Below are positions 11,412 to 24,289 of a stretch of 64,000 bases of DNA, piece after piece; positions within the stretch are counted from its first letter, which is position 1; every line of letters starts with the position of its first letter. The DNA lies in the NCBI GenBank assembly GCA_964199315.1, contig OZ116702.1:17112001-17176000 (forward strand), read 5' to 3'. The notes beneath the pieces were generated by a model. The model searched no databases, was not told the origin of the DNA, and saw only the letters and a list, made by a program, of their open reading frames with translations. The DNA comes from Orbicella franksi. Taxonomy: Eukaryota. The position numbers and the translations under genes were made by a program.

Positions 11412-13604
11412 CAAATTATCTTGCATACTTCTTCATGCCTATAACTTGGAAAGGTGTTTCAGTTAACTACAACCCTGGCCAAAAGTCCTTGGGATACTTG
11501 ACAAAATGAACTGAAAGGATTGGAGTAAACACTTCCAGTTAACATAGAAATGATATTTTATTGTACACAGCTGTTGCAGTGTGAGAGAGACGAAGATGTG
11601 CAAGAGCTGCTGTGTTGTGATCAAGGCCTTGATGTCTTAAACGACATTTGCTTTAGAGGTGTACCTTCAAAATGCACTGCACAAAGCAGAGAAAAAATTG
11701 AGGTAATCTAATGCATGTCTGTTTTGTCCATTTAAAGCTTAATGTTGTATGTTTCATCAGATGTGATATTTCACCATGTACCAACTTACAGTTGCCAAAA
11801 AGTTATTACTTTTTCCTATGTAGAGCCATCATGATTGGAAATGTTGTACAGGGGAGATTGCCTATGGTATCACAGCTAATGGAAGGCCTTGCACCCTGTG
11901 GAATCCTTGCAGCAATATAGGCAAACCCTGAAGTAATGCGGCTAATCTTCTGCATGAGTCACACTGGAGAGAAGCTGGATGAGGACAGATTCATCAACCT
12001 GTTTAAAGTCAACTTTAGTCAAGAGCAGCAAAAAAAGGCCAAGGAAACTGATGCCTACAAAGTCTTTAGTGACTATGTTGGTATGGTTGCCCATGAAGGT
12101 AAATGAACCTGAGAGTAATTGAGGGGCTTGACTTTTTGTGCCAAAAGCATTACTATGTATATATCACATAACATGTTACGTGAAAAAAATGTTCACTGGC
12201 CAGTACTACTCAAGCAAAAAAGGAATGGTTCTAATGTCTTATGCAACCAAAGTCGTCTTCACTTACTCTAGGTGCAGATATACAGGAATTACCTTGAACC
12301 TACATATTCATCCCTGTAACTAAAAAGGTTCAGGGATGACATTTTAATTTTTTTTCAGGGGTGCCAGGTATTGAACTGACTGAAATCATGCAATTTATCA
12401 CTAGGTCACCTGCAGTTCCTGTCATTGGTTTTGAAGAGAAATTACAGCGGACATTTGTGCACGGTTGTGTCTCCAACTGCAAATGCTTCCCAACAGCTTC
12501 AACATGTGATTTGTTACTTCGCATACCAGTGCATTTAGTAGCCATAGAGGATTTCAAAACTTCATTTCAAGGGGGGGGGGGGGGGGCTTTGAAGGATGGA
12601 TTTGTCTTTGGAGATGTTTAAATGTAGATCATAATCGGACATCCTTTTAGCTGTTCATTTGTTCAATGAATTTTGTTGGGTTTATGATGTCAGGCTTTCT
12701 GCCACTGCCACTCCAAAAAGGTGGCCAAGGGCTTCAACCTAAAGTATACCCAAAACATTGTTTGAAGAAAAAATACAGCTAAGATTTAATTTTGCTGTAA
12801 GTTATTTCAGTTTACAAGACTAGCTAATTTTAAATTTAACAAGTAGGACAATCTTGCTAGTGTTCAGTAGCTTTTTGATATTTACAAGCCTTTTTTGTTG
12901 ACATGGTTTGTGGAAACTCAAGGATAGATTTATCAGAAATGAAGGTATAAATGATTCTAGACTCTGATCAAACTCAAAATAATCAATTGTAAAATAATGG
13001 GTAGCACTGAGAGCTTATAATTACCATAGAAATAACTACATTATACATAACTGATACTTATTAATAAAGAACTGTTCCAAGACATCATGTATACCAATGT
13101 CAATTGAACAGTTCATACCGTATTCAAAATAACATTCCATCATTTTTCAACATAATTGAAATATTATTCAACAATACCAGTATTTTTAAACAGTTCAGTT
13201 AATCTTTATAGTTTTAACAGCTATAAACTGAACTAATTGGTCTGTTTGAGAAAAAAATACTATAGTTTAAACTTCAGGGTTGGCCTAATATTTAGAGGGA
13301 ATTATACGCATGCTGCATGTGCTATGCATCAAACTTTCTACACTTTGCCTTGCAATCACATATGGTAAAATTTATGAATATAGCAAATATGCTATTTTGT
13401 TCTGTGGGATCAGAAGCCTACTTTTCGTTTCTTTAAAATCAGATACAAGTTTTTGGGTTCCTTGTTTATACCGGTATTTATTAATAATATATATGAATAT
13501 ATGCACCAACTGCCAAAAGCATTCTTAATTCCATTCTTACAGATAGGACAAATAATCACACCCTGGCAAATGTATTATGACGGTAATTTTCAAACAGGCC
13601 TTTA

Positions 13605-13808
13605 GGGACTGGTCAAAAGGTAAGAAGTGTGTGTATGTGGAGGGGGGTGGGGAGGTGAGCTGGAGCATGTGAAAATGTGGTGGATAGAAAAAATGTGACC
13701 CACCATGGGTAGCTAAAATTGAACAACCTACCCCTTACAAAAGGCTCAAAAACTGATGACCCACCCCGTATCTTATCTGCCCGCCCCCAGTACCATTTCA
13801 CTAGTCCC
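13605..13808. mobile_element. PIF/Harbinger-type MITE
   Basis: TTA|GGGACTGGT...ACTAGTCCC|TTA: short TIRs and a TTA TSD. Confidence 0.7.
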
Positions 13809-13831
13809 TTAGGGTGAGGTAAAATAAGCAG

Positions 13832-15078
13832 TTAGGACTCTGCAAGCTGCATTATTTTCTCATACATGTCCTTGGCTTGCCTCCAATCCTCTGGTGGATG
13901 TGTAAGGCCTTCTTCTCTCATGACATACTTAAAATACCCCAGTAGCTCATCATCAACTTCCTTGGCGAGTTCTGCTTGGACATAAATGTCTCTTTGGTTA
14001 AGTATGTTGTCTATGTCGTCTGCTGATACTTCAGATCCACAATCTTCAAATCCACAAGTGTGAGGCAAATAGCAAAGTTCATCAGGAATACCAGAAACTG
14101 TATCACGCCTGGACTGTCTTATGTGACACATCTTCCATTCATGTTTCACTTTCTCCAGTTCCAGTTGAAGGAAGTCAAAAAACACAAACCAGACACATTC
14201 CACTTGCAAGTAGTTTCCTTGAGAAAGCTCTCTCTCAGTCCCCAGTGCCTTGAAAAAGTCTATAACCCATGCAGTGAATCCCCTTTTACTATGTGACCAC
14301 CAGTTTTCAACTCTCTGATTGGCATGTGACAATGAGTAACGATGTGCCGCCACTTTGCCGGCCAATATGCCATTTTCCATTGCACAGTCTTTTTGCACCA
14401 GTATTAGCCGCATTCCATTTTCTTCAACTGCATGGAGGAAGAAACCTGCTGGAGTAACTGGATCATTGTTGCTTTTACATACTTTGAGCCACACAATTCT
14501 CCTAGAAAATCCATCGATACAGCCATGTATTGGTAAGCCATATGGTTTTAACTTGTCATAACCATCTACATGCCAAATTGTGTTTGGTCCTGGTGAGATA
14601 TATAATTGGCGTTGCAGCTTCCTAGCCTTTCGAAGGGCGGATAAAATTCGCATGACCAGGTCTCGAGGAACAGCAACATTGTAGCTTGTTGTTAACTTGT
14701 TCTACATTCCACGATATCCAAGAAGTGATGAAGGGCCCTCAATTTCATGTTTAACTATATCTCAAACAGTATGCTCTGAATGACCATGATTTCTTCTTCT
14801 TAACCCATATTGATGAAGCTTTCTTTTCAGTCCTTACGTTCATATAGATCTCATGGTACTCGCCCAGAAAGTGGACAATGGTATCGTACCTAAATCCCCT
14901 TTAAAAGTAATGTTCTATTACCAGCCTCCCATCTGCAGAATTGCAGACTTTCCTGTTGACGTCTCTTTATTGTTCCACACTGCCAACAGAATACTTCATT
15001 GCTCTAAAACTCTCTGCCACATTGGAACTTCGTGTTATAAACGATTACAGACTCTACCCACACTCGCTCCTCCACCAT
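13832..15078 (-). pseudogene. IS3/IS481-like DDE integrase (transposase) of element B
   Basis: N-terminal zinc-ribbon remnant and HTH (VIEHYF..GFRYDTIVHFL..KRKLHQYGL). Core motifs WHVDGYDKLKPYGLPIHGCIDGFSRRIVWL, QKDCAMENG and ANQRVENWW. Stops and frameshifts in the 5' third. Confidence 0.85.
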
Positions 15079-15376
15079 TTTGGATACAGCAAAATGGCGG
15101 GAACAAACTCTAATGTTGGCTGACTGCTGGAGCAAGTAATATGTGACAATATTTTACTGGATTTGCAAAATATTTTTCTGGATTTAGCAACAATTCTTGG
15201 ATTTCCAAACTTGTTTGGATTTGCCAAATAATATTTGTGGATTCAATAATTTTATTAAGATTTGTAATAGTTTCTGAGATCTGATAAACTCTTCAACGAT
15301 GATCTCCAAAAAACATGATTTGAAATATTTTCGGATTTTGTAAATATTTTGGGATTGTCCCTCATCAGTTTCCATA
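15069..15376 (-). repeat. Right TIR of element B, ending in the integrase start codon
   Basis: Reverse complement aligns with 2051-2277 plus 2779-2886. Confidence 0.8.
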
Positions 15377-15496
15377 CGAAGGAGACTGGAACTTAACTTG
15401 GGAAGTGAGACAGGCGAGTGTTTTTCTCCTGCCATTTTGGAAGGAGGCAAAGTTTTTCCTCTAGTTTGTGTTTGGTAGTGCTTGGTGTTTTAAACG

Positions 15497-18400
15497 ATGG
15501 ATGCTATAATAAGGCAAACTGTCCGAGAGGAAATAAGACGTCAGGGTGAATCTGCAGAAAGATTTCTGTATAACCCCATACATTTATTATGCATGCAGAA
15601 TTATTAATTATGTATGTGCTCTATTGTTTTTGAAGACAATAGCAACTCCCTAAGGTATTGAATATATACATTGATAATTACTACTTACTGTATGAATAAA
15701 AGATTTTATTGCGCACTGTTGCGTGCTACAGTGCATACTGTCTTTTTGCAATTTTTCTCTTCTTCCCCTAGCTCCATTCTTCTCTTTTCTCTTCTCCATA
15801 TTACCCAGGCTCCTCATGCATTTTTTCCTCTTTCTCTTGTGCCCCATCAGGTCTCGAACAACTGACCTTTTGCATACCTCTCACTTATCGGTCTCTCTTC
15901 TACACCACTACACTACCAGGTTCAGTTGAGAATTACCCCTCCAAAAATAATTGTTATTTTACTTGACTGGTTCGTTATTCCAAAAAATTTACATTACAAT
16001 TTACTTATTCATGTGTTAAACATATGTTGCACACTGCACGAAAACATGCATCGCATGTGAGGGTCCCTGTTGAATAAAAGGGGGTAATGATTTATTTATT
16101 TCTCTCAATTGCTTCTACTTCGATCTATACTGTTGATAATCGTGTTGCAGCTTACCTCAGTGTCTTGATTGAACTTTTTTTGAGTGGTGCAAGGAACACA
16201 ACCTGCTCACGTCATCAATAAAGTGTCCATACGTAAATTGTTGTAATACATTGACGCGGACACGACGAGCTTGATTGCGAGATGGGTAGAATGGTGATGT
16301 TTGAGAAGAATATGCACTAGCATAGCATCAATGCATCAAAACTCATAGCGGAGTTTTCTGGAAGCAGGCTGTCCATTGAAAAAGTATTAGCCCTAAAATA
16401 CACTTGGGCGCGCAAATTTACTACTACTCAAGCAGTGCACGAGACCTCACTCGATGATGAATCAACGTCAACAGAAACAGTGATAGATTGGTACAACTAT
16501 TGCCGAGAGGTTTGTGCCGACAGAATCATGAATCATCATGCGAGGCAAAAAGGTGGACCAGGTACAACTGTTGAGATTGACGAGTCCAAGTTTGGCAAAA
16601 TGAAGTACAACCAAGGTCACTACATCAAAGGACAGTGGGTTTTTGGCGGCATCTGATGCCAAACCAAAGCCTGCTTCCTTGTTTCAGTAAGGCAAAGAGA
16701 TAAAGACACACTCTTACCCATCATACTTGCCCACACATTGCCAGGGACACGTGTGATGAGCAACTGCCTATAATCATCTCACAGTCAACCACAGCCTAAA
16801 CTTTGTAGACCCAGACACAGGTGCGCACACCCAGCGCATTTAAAATACATGGCGGGGAGTCAAACAAAGTATGCCTTGAACAGGAACATCCAAAGATCTC
16901 TTCGAAAGCTATCCACAGGAATGGTTGTGGCGTCAGCACTATGGAGATGATCCTTTTGGAAACATTATCAAGCATATCGCCGACTTATATGAAGTATGCA
17001 AAGATGTGTAAATTGTTCCTCATACCACCGCATGCACTGTTCCTGATCTGATTGCCACTTCATGGAGGAAAGAAACAAAATACACAGCTTCATCACATGG
17101 GACTGAATTTGAGCAAGGAAATCCAGGGGAAAAAACGTGGAATGACACAATCAAGGTAAGCAATAATTTTATTTCACCTCGTTTTCATTTACAAAATTAG
17201 TATAATTGTCACTGACCTGATCAACACTTTATAGCTAACCACAAGCAGCCTTTGCTTAGGCCTAAAACACTATTTTTTAAGGATTTTTAAACAAGCGCAT
17301 AGGTCAAAATCGCTATTATTTTAAGCAGTTTTAAGCCTGCGCTCAGTTTAAGAATACGGTAAATGCACCCAAAATTGATATTACGTTTCCATTTTATGTA
17401 CTTTAGATCTTAAATTCGAAAAATTTCCAAGAAATTGCTTCCTTTTTCCATATTTTAGACAGAAAATTTGAAAAAAACTAAGTCTAAAAGTATGCGACAC
17501 ATAAAAAATGGTAAAATTTGGAGTTATTCAAAGCAAATAAGTCTCAAAGAAGCGCTATTGTTTCCACTGTTGTTTAGTTAAACAAAGAACTGTATGCATA
17601 ATAAATGTATAGGGTTATAGGGGAATCTTGCTGAATCTGCCTCTACGAGTTCTAAGGTAGCAACCTGTGAACGAAATCAACGAATGGTAAGCTGATTGTC
17701 TGGATTGCTCAACTGGATCAGAGGTCAGTCAAGAGGGAAGAAAAGAAAGACCAATAAAGAACATCGAATCCAAGTTCACTGGATTCATTATGACTAGAAG
17801 TCAAAAGTTTTTGTTCCAGTTTGTCAGAGGAACGGCGGCAAAAACTGGCTCGTTGCTTATACTACATCGGAACCTCCCACAGTTGAAAAACTGAAGCAAA
17901 AAGCCACTGCTTTGTTTTTCCCTGACAGGAAAAGTGCTTTCGCTGGCTCTGTTGACGACATGCTCCTAGATATCTGCGACACAACCCAAATGGCCATTAT
18001 TCAATTTCCTGGTGAGGGAACTATTGAAAGTTATTTAAAGGAAAATGGCCTCTATCCATCAACAACTTACTTGTATCTAAGATCACAGCACCAAGACACA
18101 CTCTTTTCACAACTTAAAGCAGACGAGGAAAATTTTGAACGGCCAGTCAACCTGAATACTTCGGAAGTAGCATCAGATGCTGGTAAGCGCGTTGTTTGTT
18201 CAGTATGTAGCTGTACGTATTTGGAAAGTGAAGAATGCATTCGCTGTGAGCAGAACAGAGAATATGAGTTTTCTAGGATCGCTGATGGGGGGGGGGATCC
18301 ATATACTACAGAAACTCCAGAAACACCAGGAAACCCAGTTTTACTAACTATGGATGAAATAAGATCTAGGTGGGTAGAACTACTTTCAAATGGTGTGGCT

Positions 18401-19537
18401 GAAACAGAGGCAGAAATATCACATAGCAATGTCGCTGATGAAACCAGTTACCCAAGGCTTACAAATGAAGAGAATTGCAGTCGTGATGAAGGCTCTGTAG
18501 AGCAGGATTCTCCATGTCCCTCTTCATCAAGAAATGTTTCAGAGAGAGTTCTCACAGTTCACAGATAATGCATAAGAACTGAATTGATCAAACATTTTTA
18601 AGACCCAAGTGTAATGAACCGTAATATTGATTTTAAAGTGATTAATGAAAAGGGAGAGTTTGAACAAGGTGTGGGTGTTGCAGTAATTTGTGAAGTGTAC
18701 ACTTTATTATGGAGCGAATTTTCTATCTCCATGACTATAGGAGAGAGAGAGGGTTCCCTTTGTTAGACATGACCACTTTGTTGAGGAGTGGGAGGCTGTA
18801 TGGAGAATTTTAGTTAAAGGGTTTGTGTCTGTCTCCTATTTTCCCAACTTTTTGTCAAAGGCTTTTTTATGCTACTGCCTCTTTGGCAACCAAGTTCCAG
18901 ATTCCATGTTTGTTGATCCATCTACAAAATACCTATCCCCAGTAGAGGAAGAGTTCATTGCAGATGTTATAGGGAAGAATTAGCTTCCAGATGATGAAGA
19001 AGAATTTACTGATTTTCTTAAAAGATTCAAGTGTAGGAGGGTGGTTACCACTGAAAACCTTAGCCAAGTCATTCTTGAAATTTCCAAGCAGGACCTAGTT
19101 CAGAAACTACATCTCATGATTTCATCTTTGCAATCTTTTGTACAGCAGTTGAAGCAGTATCCCCAGTTCCAAACTATTTCAGCCGTTGAGGGCTTCTATG
19201 ATAGTCTTAAAGCTACAACGAAAAAGGTGCTATCTTGTATCACCTCAAATCCACAAAGTGAAGGAGACAGATGCATTCAAATTTTTGCAGCAATTTGTAA
19301 GAGGTCTGGAGATGCCAAAACTTCTACAGTTTTTGCGATTTACAACAGCTATGGATATTATGATTGACAAGAAGATAGAAGTTACTTTCATTAAGTGTGA
19401 GGGCTTGAGTGCAAGACCCATTGCCTACACCTGTGGACCCCTTTTGGAAATTCCATCCACATATGTTAACTTTATGGAATTAAGGGAAAACCATGAACAT
19501 TCTTAATCGGGACAACTGGGAAATGGATATTATATGA
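15497..19537 (+). pseudogene. HECT-domain E3 ligase-like gene, cargo of element A (main exon ~17620-19537; short first exon at 15497 is tentative)
   Basis: HRIQVHW..VPVCQRNGG..LFFPD; CSVC..CIRC; GVGVAVICEVYTLLWSEF, RHDHFVEEWEAVWRILVKG..YFP; LQFLRFTT..RPIAYTCGPLLEIP (Cys codon 19432-19434); stop at 19535-19537. Several stops and frameshifts. Confidence 0.75.
16340..17000 (+). pseudogene. Merlin (ISXO2/IS1595-like) transposase fragment
   Basis: DWYNYCREVC, GGPGTTVEIDESKFGKMKYNQG..QWVFGGI, RDKDTLLPII, TVNHSLNFVDPDTGAHTQ, EWLWR. Termini not found. Confidence 0.85.
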
Positions 19538-22500
19538 AAGAAACTCTTTTGGCCTAGGTTTTTGATGAATGTTTTTCTGTTACAAACTAACTGTCAAAGG
19601 GTTGAATCATGCCCTGTAAATAACAGACTATTTAATTGGAATGCACGAAATTGGTGTCTGAAATGACCTAGAATCTCCATTTTTTTTGTGTTCTCGACTA
19701 AGCACTGTTGTAGTTTTAACTAAGGCAGCCTCAGAACCAGAGGTCTGTGTCAGCCGTGTTTTCAAGCTGGGCAAAATGTTGTTTTAGTCTGTTGTATTTT
19801 AGGTATAAAGTTCTGATTTTAGGGTGGTCCATAAGAGATCTTGGGGGTCTTGGGAGGAGGTGACTCTGTGCAAGAAAAATTTAAAAATGCTGAGATTTCA
19901 GGCTAAGGAAAGTAGCATGTTCTGAACATTTTGTGAAGATCCCAGACAATTTTTTTAATTGTCAAAGTTTCCTTTAAGTTGTTGACATAATAAGTGTTTG
20001 AGTTCTAGTTTTTGTCAGTTCCAGTTCACACACCAACCCAGTTATATACGTAGCCTTTCTGGTTCCTAAAATCTAGAGTGGCTTACATGTAGAGTTGTTA
20101 GCAGTTTTTTCTGTATAGACAAAAACACAATTGTCATGTTGCTAAATAAAATGGTCATTATTATATAGAATTTGTGTCCTCATTTCCCTCCAGTGCTTAT
20201 TACAGGTTGGCTGCTTAAAGACCAGGCAAACTGCTAGAAGAGTATTCTACTAGTATTGGTTTTTTTCCTGTTTTTGTGAAAACCACGACACTAAACACAT
20301 CTTGGTCTCAGTTTAAAAAAGTGTATCAAATACCATCCCTGCAGCGTAAGATGGAAGATAATTTTTGATGTTGCCTTCTCTTCCCTTCTAAGATATCCCA
20401 TTCTCCACATTCTCAGTGAGAGTGTGGGGGTAATGAAAATCAATGTTTATACATACAGGTGCAATTTGAAATATGGCAATAGCTTGTGTCGTTGGTTAAA
20501 AAACTGTGGAAGCACATGTTCAAAGGATATGCTTTGATTTCAGATTCAGATTTTTTATTAATTGACTATTTACAGACATATTTCACTATCACACACTATT
20601 ACAAAAAATTCATTAATTAAAATACGGAAAATATAATAATAATAAAACCAAAACAAAATGTGCTCAGTGACCAAAGAAGCATATGCTATCGTGTTGGTCA
20701 CTGACACGTTCAAAAATAAAAGACAAGACACATCAATTAATAGAAACAATGCAATAAAGGAAGTAAAATGTGAATAACAAAAGTATTCGAAATAAACAAG
20801 TTAAATGAATAAATCATAATGCTGAAGAGTAATATTGAGTATTTAAAAGGTATAGTTTATATTGCTTATAAAAGGAAGTGTAAGGCAGTTTTTTAAATTC
20901 TGTTGGAATAATTTCCCAAAGTTTTGATGTAACAAAAGAGAAAGTAGAGGACCCATAGTTATTATTTACTTTTGGCCTATGAAAATTCAAATTCGCAGCA
21001 AATCTTGTATTGTAGGTATGGACTTCAGATGCCTGAGTAAGGGTTCTATGGAATATAGTTGGAATGTTTGTTGAGTCATTTAAAATTTTATGAGTAAATA
21101 GAGCCACTTTTAATTTGTACACATTTTCAAATTTGAGAATTCCTAAAAGATTGTAATATGGTGAAGCATTTTCCCTGCTATAAGCAAAGAACATGCTTCG
21201 GACACATTTATTCTGCTTAGTTATGATTTTATGTAAATTAGTTTTACATGCACTACCCCAACTTATGATAGCATAGGATAAGTATGGATATATGAAAGAA
21301 TAATACAATTGTTTCAATGTATGAAGATCAACAAAATATCTTAATTTATTAATAATTGCTATATTTTTTGCTAATTTATTATTAATGTGCTGGATCTGCG
21401 GTCCCCATTGTAAATTTTGATCCATATAAATACCTAAATACTTAATTTGACTTTTATGTGCAATGTTAGGAATATGTATATACGGTCTTAGTCTTGTAGA
21501 TGAAATTAACATATAATTAGTCTTGGTAAGATTTATACATAGTTTGTTGATGATACAATATTTAAAAACTAATTTCAATTCCTCATTCATGACATACTCA
21601 AGCTGATGCAGATTATCACTTGCATAAAACATATTTGTATCATCAGCAAATATACGGAAGGATAGTTTTTTTGAGCAGTTAGGTAAGTCATTAATATAAA
21701 GCAGGAATAGAAGAGGACCCAAAGTTGATCTCTGTGGTATTCCACAAGTAATGGTTTCAGAACTAGATTGGATGCTACCAATCTTAACAAACTGAGTGCG
21801 ATTATGTAGATAGTTTTCAAACCGGTTAAGGGTTATTCCTCATATCCCATAGTGGTAGAGTTTAGATGAAAGAATATTATGGTTCACAGTATCAAATGCT
21901 TTGGAAAAATCTAAAAAAACACCACAGGTAACCAGCTTTTTATCCATTGCCTGTTTGAGGGTGTCAGTGATCTCAAAAATGGCTTGCTCTGTTGAGTGTC
22001 CTTTCCTAAAACCAAACTGATATCTATACAGAATGTTGTGTTTTTCCAGAAAATCATATAGTTGATTATAAATTAATTTTTCAAGTACCTTACTGAAAGG
22101 TGAAAGAGTTGAAATGGGCCTATAGTTTCCTGGGTCAGTTACATCACTTTTGTAAACCAGAGTAACTTGAGAGACTTTCAAAATATTTGGTACAACACCA
22201 GTTTGTATTGATTGATTATAGATTTGAGTGAAAGGTACTGATAAGGGTTCAGCTGCTATTTTTATTAAATTATTAGGTATATCAATTGATGATTTGTTCT
22301 TATCTAATGTCTTAAACAAGTTTGAAACCTGGGTTTCTGTAACAGTGGACATAACAAAACTATTAGCTGGAGATGATGGGATATATTGTGTAGGGTTTTC
22401 AAAGCTATCTTCAATTCTGCTGGCCAAGCTTGGGCCAACATTGACAAAATGTTTATTAAACTGATCAGCAATATCTTCATTACTAGTGAAAGTCTTGTTG

Positions 22501-23562
22501 TTCCTTACTATTCTTTGAGGTGAGGTGTGTCCCTTTGTCTTCCTTTTAATTAAATTACCAATTATTTTCCATGTAGCCTTTAAGTTATTTTTACACAAGT
22601 CAAATTTTTTCAAAAATAGGCTTTCTTATTAATGTTTTTGAGATGGTTTAATCTATTTGAGTATTTTTTAAATTCACAAATTTTGACTGGGTCATTGGAT
22701 AAATAATGGGTTTTGTACATAGCATGTTTAGTTTTAATGGATTTGAGCATTCCCTTTGAGATCCAAGGTTTTCTTAATTGCTTTTGTTTATTTCTAGACA
22801 CCTGTTTTAGGGGTGCATGCTTATTGACAATTAATTTGAGTGTATTAATAGTTCTAGCTGTTGTTTCATGCAAATTATTACATTTACCAGAGATGAAATT
22901 CCAATCCACAGCACTGATGTCTTGAAGATTTGATTCAGGGTTGAACTTACTGTAGTCTCTGAAGTAAAGTTGCCCATTTTGTTTTCTAAGTGATGTTTCG
23001 AGTGTGCAGAAAATTGGTAAATGATCTGAGATATCAACGGCTATAACCCCTGAGATCAATCTGTTAACTGTATTTGTATAAATATGATCAATTAAGGTTG
23101 CAGTATGACTGGTGATTCTAGTGGGTTTTGTTATCACTGGTAATAGATTGTGGGAATAAATCATGTCAAGGTATCTACCTGTTTGCAGGTGTGTGTGATG
23201 TTTTAAAAGGTCAATATTCATATCCCCTAATATATATACTTCATATCTGTTCATATTTAATTCTTGCAGGAATTCATTGAGTATCGATGTGAATTCATCC
23301 ACATTTGCAGATGGGTGCTTATAAATGCAGCCAATCATAATATGCTTCTTATTGTTACCAGGGTCAATTTCAACCCAACAGGATTCTACTGATGAAATAG
23401 AATTTTTCCGTGGTTTGGAAATTAGCGGAAAAATATTCTCTCGTCGGTATGAACTCTCTAGGGGTTTTGAACAGGGTATTTAGGAGTGGTTTTATGCTAA
23501 TTCGTCCTCTTGGTGCTCTTTTCTGGAGGTGACTCGCTTTTATTTGTGTTGCTCTCATCCTT

Positions 23563-24288
23563 ATGGAAGACTCAGCAGGAGCCAGCACCTCTATTTCTCC
23601 AGAACTGAGTGTTGTTTTAGATGCCCAGAAGAATGCAATTTTATCAGCCGTTAACTCCCAGATCCAAGGACTTCAGACCAACCTGCTTCAAGCCCAGTCC
23701 AATTTAGCGGTTCAAATTGCGACGGATCTTCAGCCCGACAATTACGTCTTCAAGAAGAAAGGAAACGAGCAACAGTTTAGTTTCAACCGCAAAGTGGCCA
23801 AGACGAGTAATTTGGCCCTCAAAGCCCTGGAAGGTGGAAATATTCCTAAAGCCAAGGAAGAGCTTAACAAAGGTATTTCTTTGCTAAATAATAGGCAAAA
23901 AATTATTAAATTGGCCAACAAATCTGAATTCGGTTGGGCTACGGTGCAAGAGTATGTTTGCGACGATTTGGCCGACGACGAGGCCGACGCTTCGAAGATT
24001 AAAAAAGCCGAGAAAAGAGCCGCCGCTAAGATCAAAACACTGCAAGAGAAAAAGAGGAAAACTAGTCCTAAAGGTTCCTCTTCTGCGCTTTCATCTTCTA
24101 GCGCCTCCAGAGTTGGCGGTACGTTTAGCTCTTTTCCTCCAGCTACTAGTTATTTTCGTCCCCAAGGTCGATACCCTTACAACTCATTCAGAGGCCTTGA
24201 CATGTGCTTTCGATGCAGTAAACAAGGACACTGGGCCAATATGTGCCCCACCAAAGACAAACCGTTGTCTTCAGGATCAAAACCTTAA
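23563..24288 (+). CDS. DIRS gag-like ORF1 with CCHC zinc knuckle
   Basis: FKKKGNEQQF, RQKIIKLANKSEFGW, CFRCSKQGHWANMC. Open, 241 aa. Confidence 0.85.
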   Translation: MEDSAGASTSISPELSVVLDAQKNAILSAVNSQIQGLQTNLLQAQSNLAVQIATDLQPDNYVFKKKGNEQQFSFNRKVAKTSNLALKALEGGNIPKAKEELNKGISLLNNRQKIIKLANKSEFGWATVQEYVCDDLADDEADASKIKKAEKRAAAKIKTLQEKKRKTSPKGSSSALSSSSASRVGGTFSSFPPATSYFRPQGRYPYNSFRGLDMCFRCSKQGHWANMCPTKDKPLSSGSKP

Positions 24289-24289
24289 T

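Larger units (their letters stand above)
2877..12621 (+). pseudogene. Spliced HECT-domain E3 ubiquitin ligase-like gene (G2E3-like), cargo of element B
   Basis: N-terminal zinc ribbon CVSCG..FCFKCG, then a beta-grasp-like segment (LLYPDQKVV..YKQELAKPYSKVDLYIC). UBZ-like CPTCHGHF..IAVHADL (~9716-9780). HECT N-lobe LKVIFVGEPAEHSGGPRREFF (10030-10093) and AGNLMAASILQDGTAPCFL. C-lobe QFITRSPAVPVIGF..FPTASTC (Cys codon 12505-12507). GT-AG introns. Stops, frameshifts and three insertions. Confidence 0.8.
2051..15376. mobile_element. Element B: second HECT + integrase DNA transposon (IS3EU-like), nested in element A
   Basis: Termini TAC... and ...ATA match at 40 of the first 49 nt as inverted repeats. 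Flanks TGAAAG (2045-2050) and CGAAGG (15377-15382) match at 4 of 6 positions, consistent with a decayed 6-bp TSD. Confidence 0.75.

Noticed and set aside
12571-12586. Poly-G tract in the last HECT exon as a G-quadruplex or regulatory site
   Set aside because: It is a single homopolymer in a pseudogene, most likely slippage or an assembly artefact.
15335-15376. Hammerhead-like CTGATGA-GGGA-caa-TCCC-AAAA on the minus strand of TIR B
   Set aside because: The GAAA core lacks its G, there is no room for stem III, and the other TIR copy reads CCGATAA.
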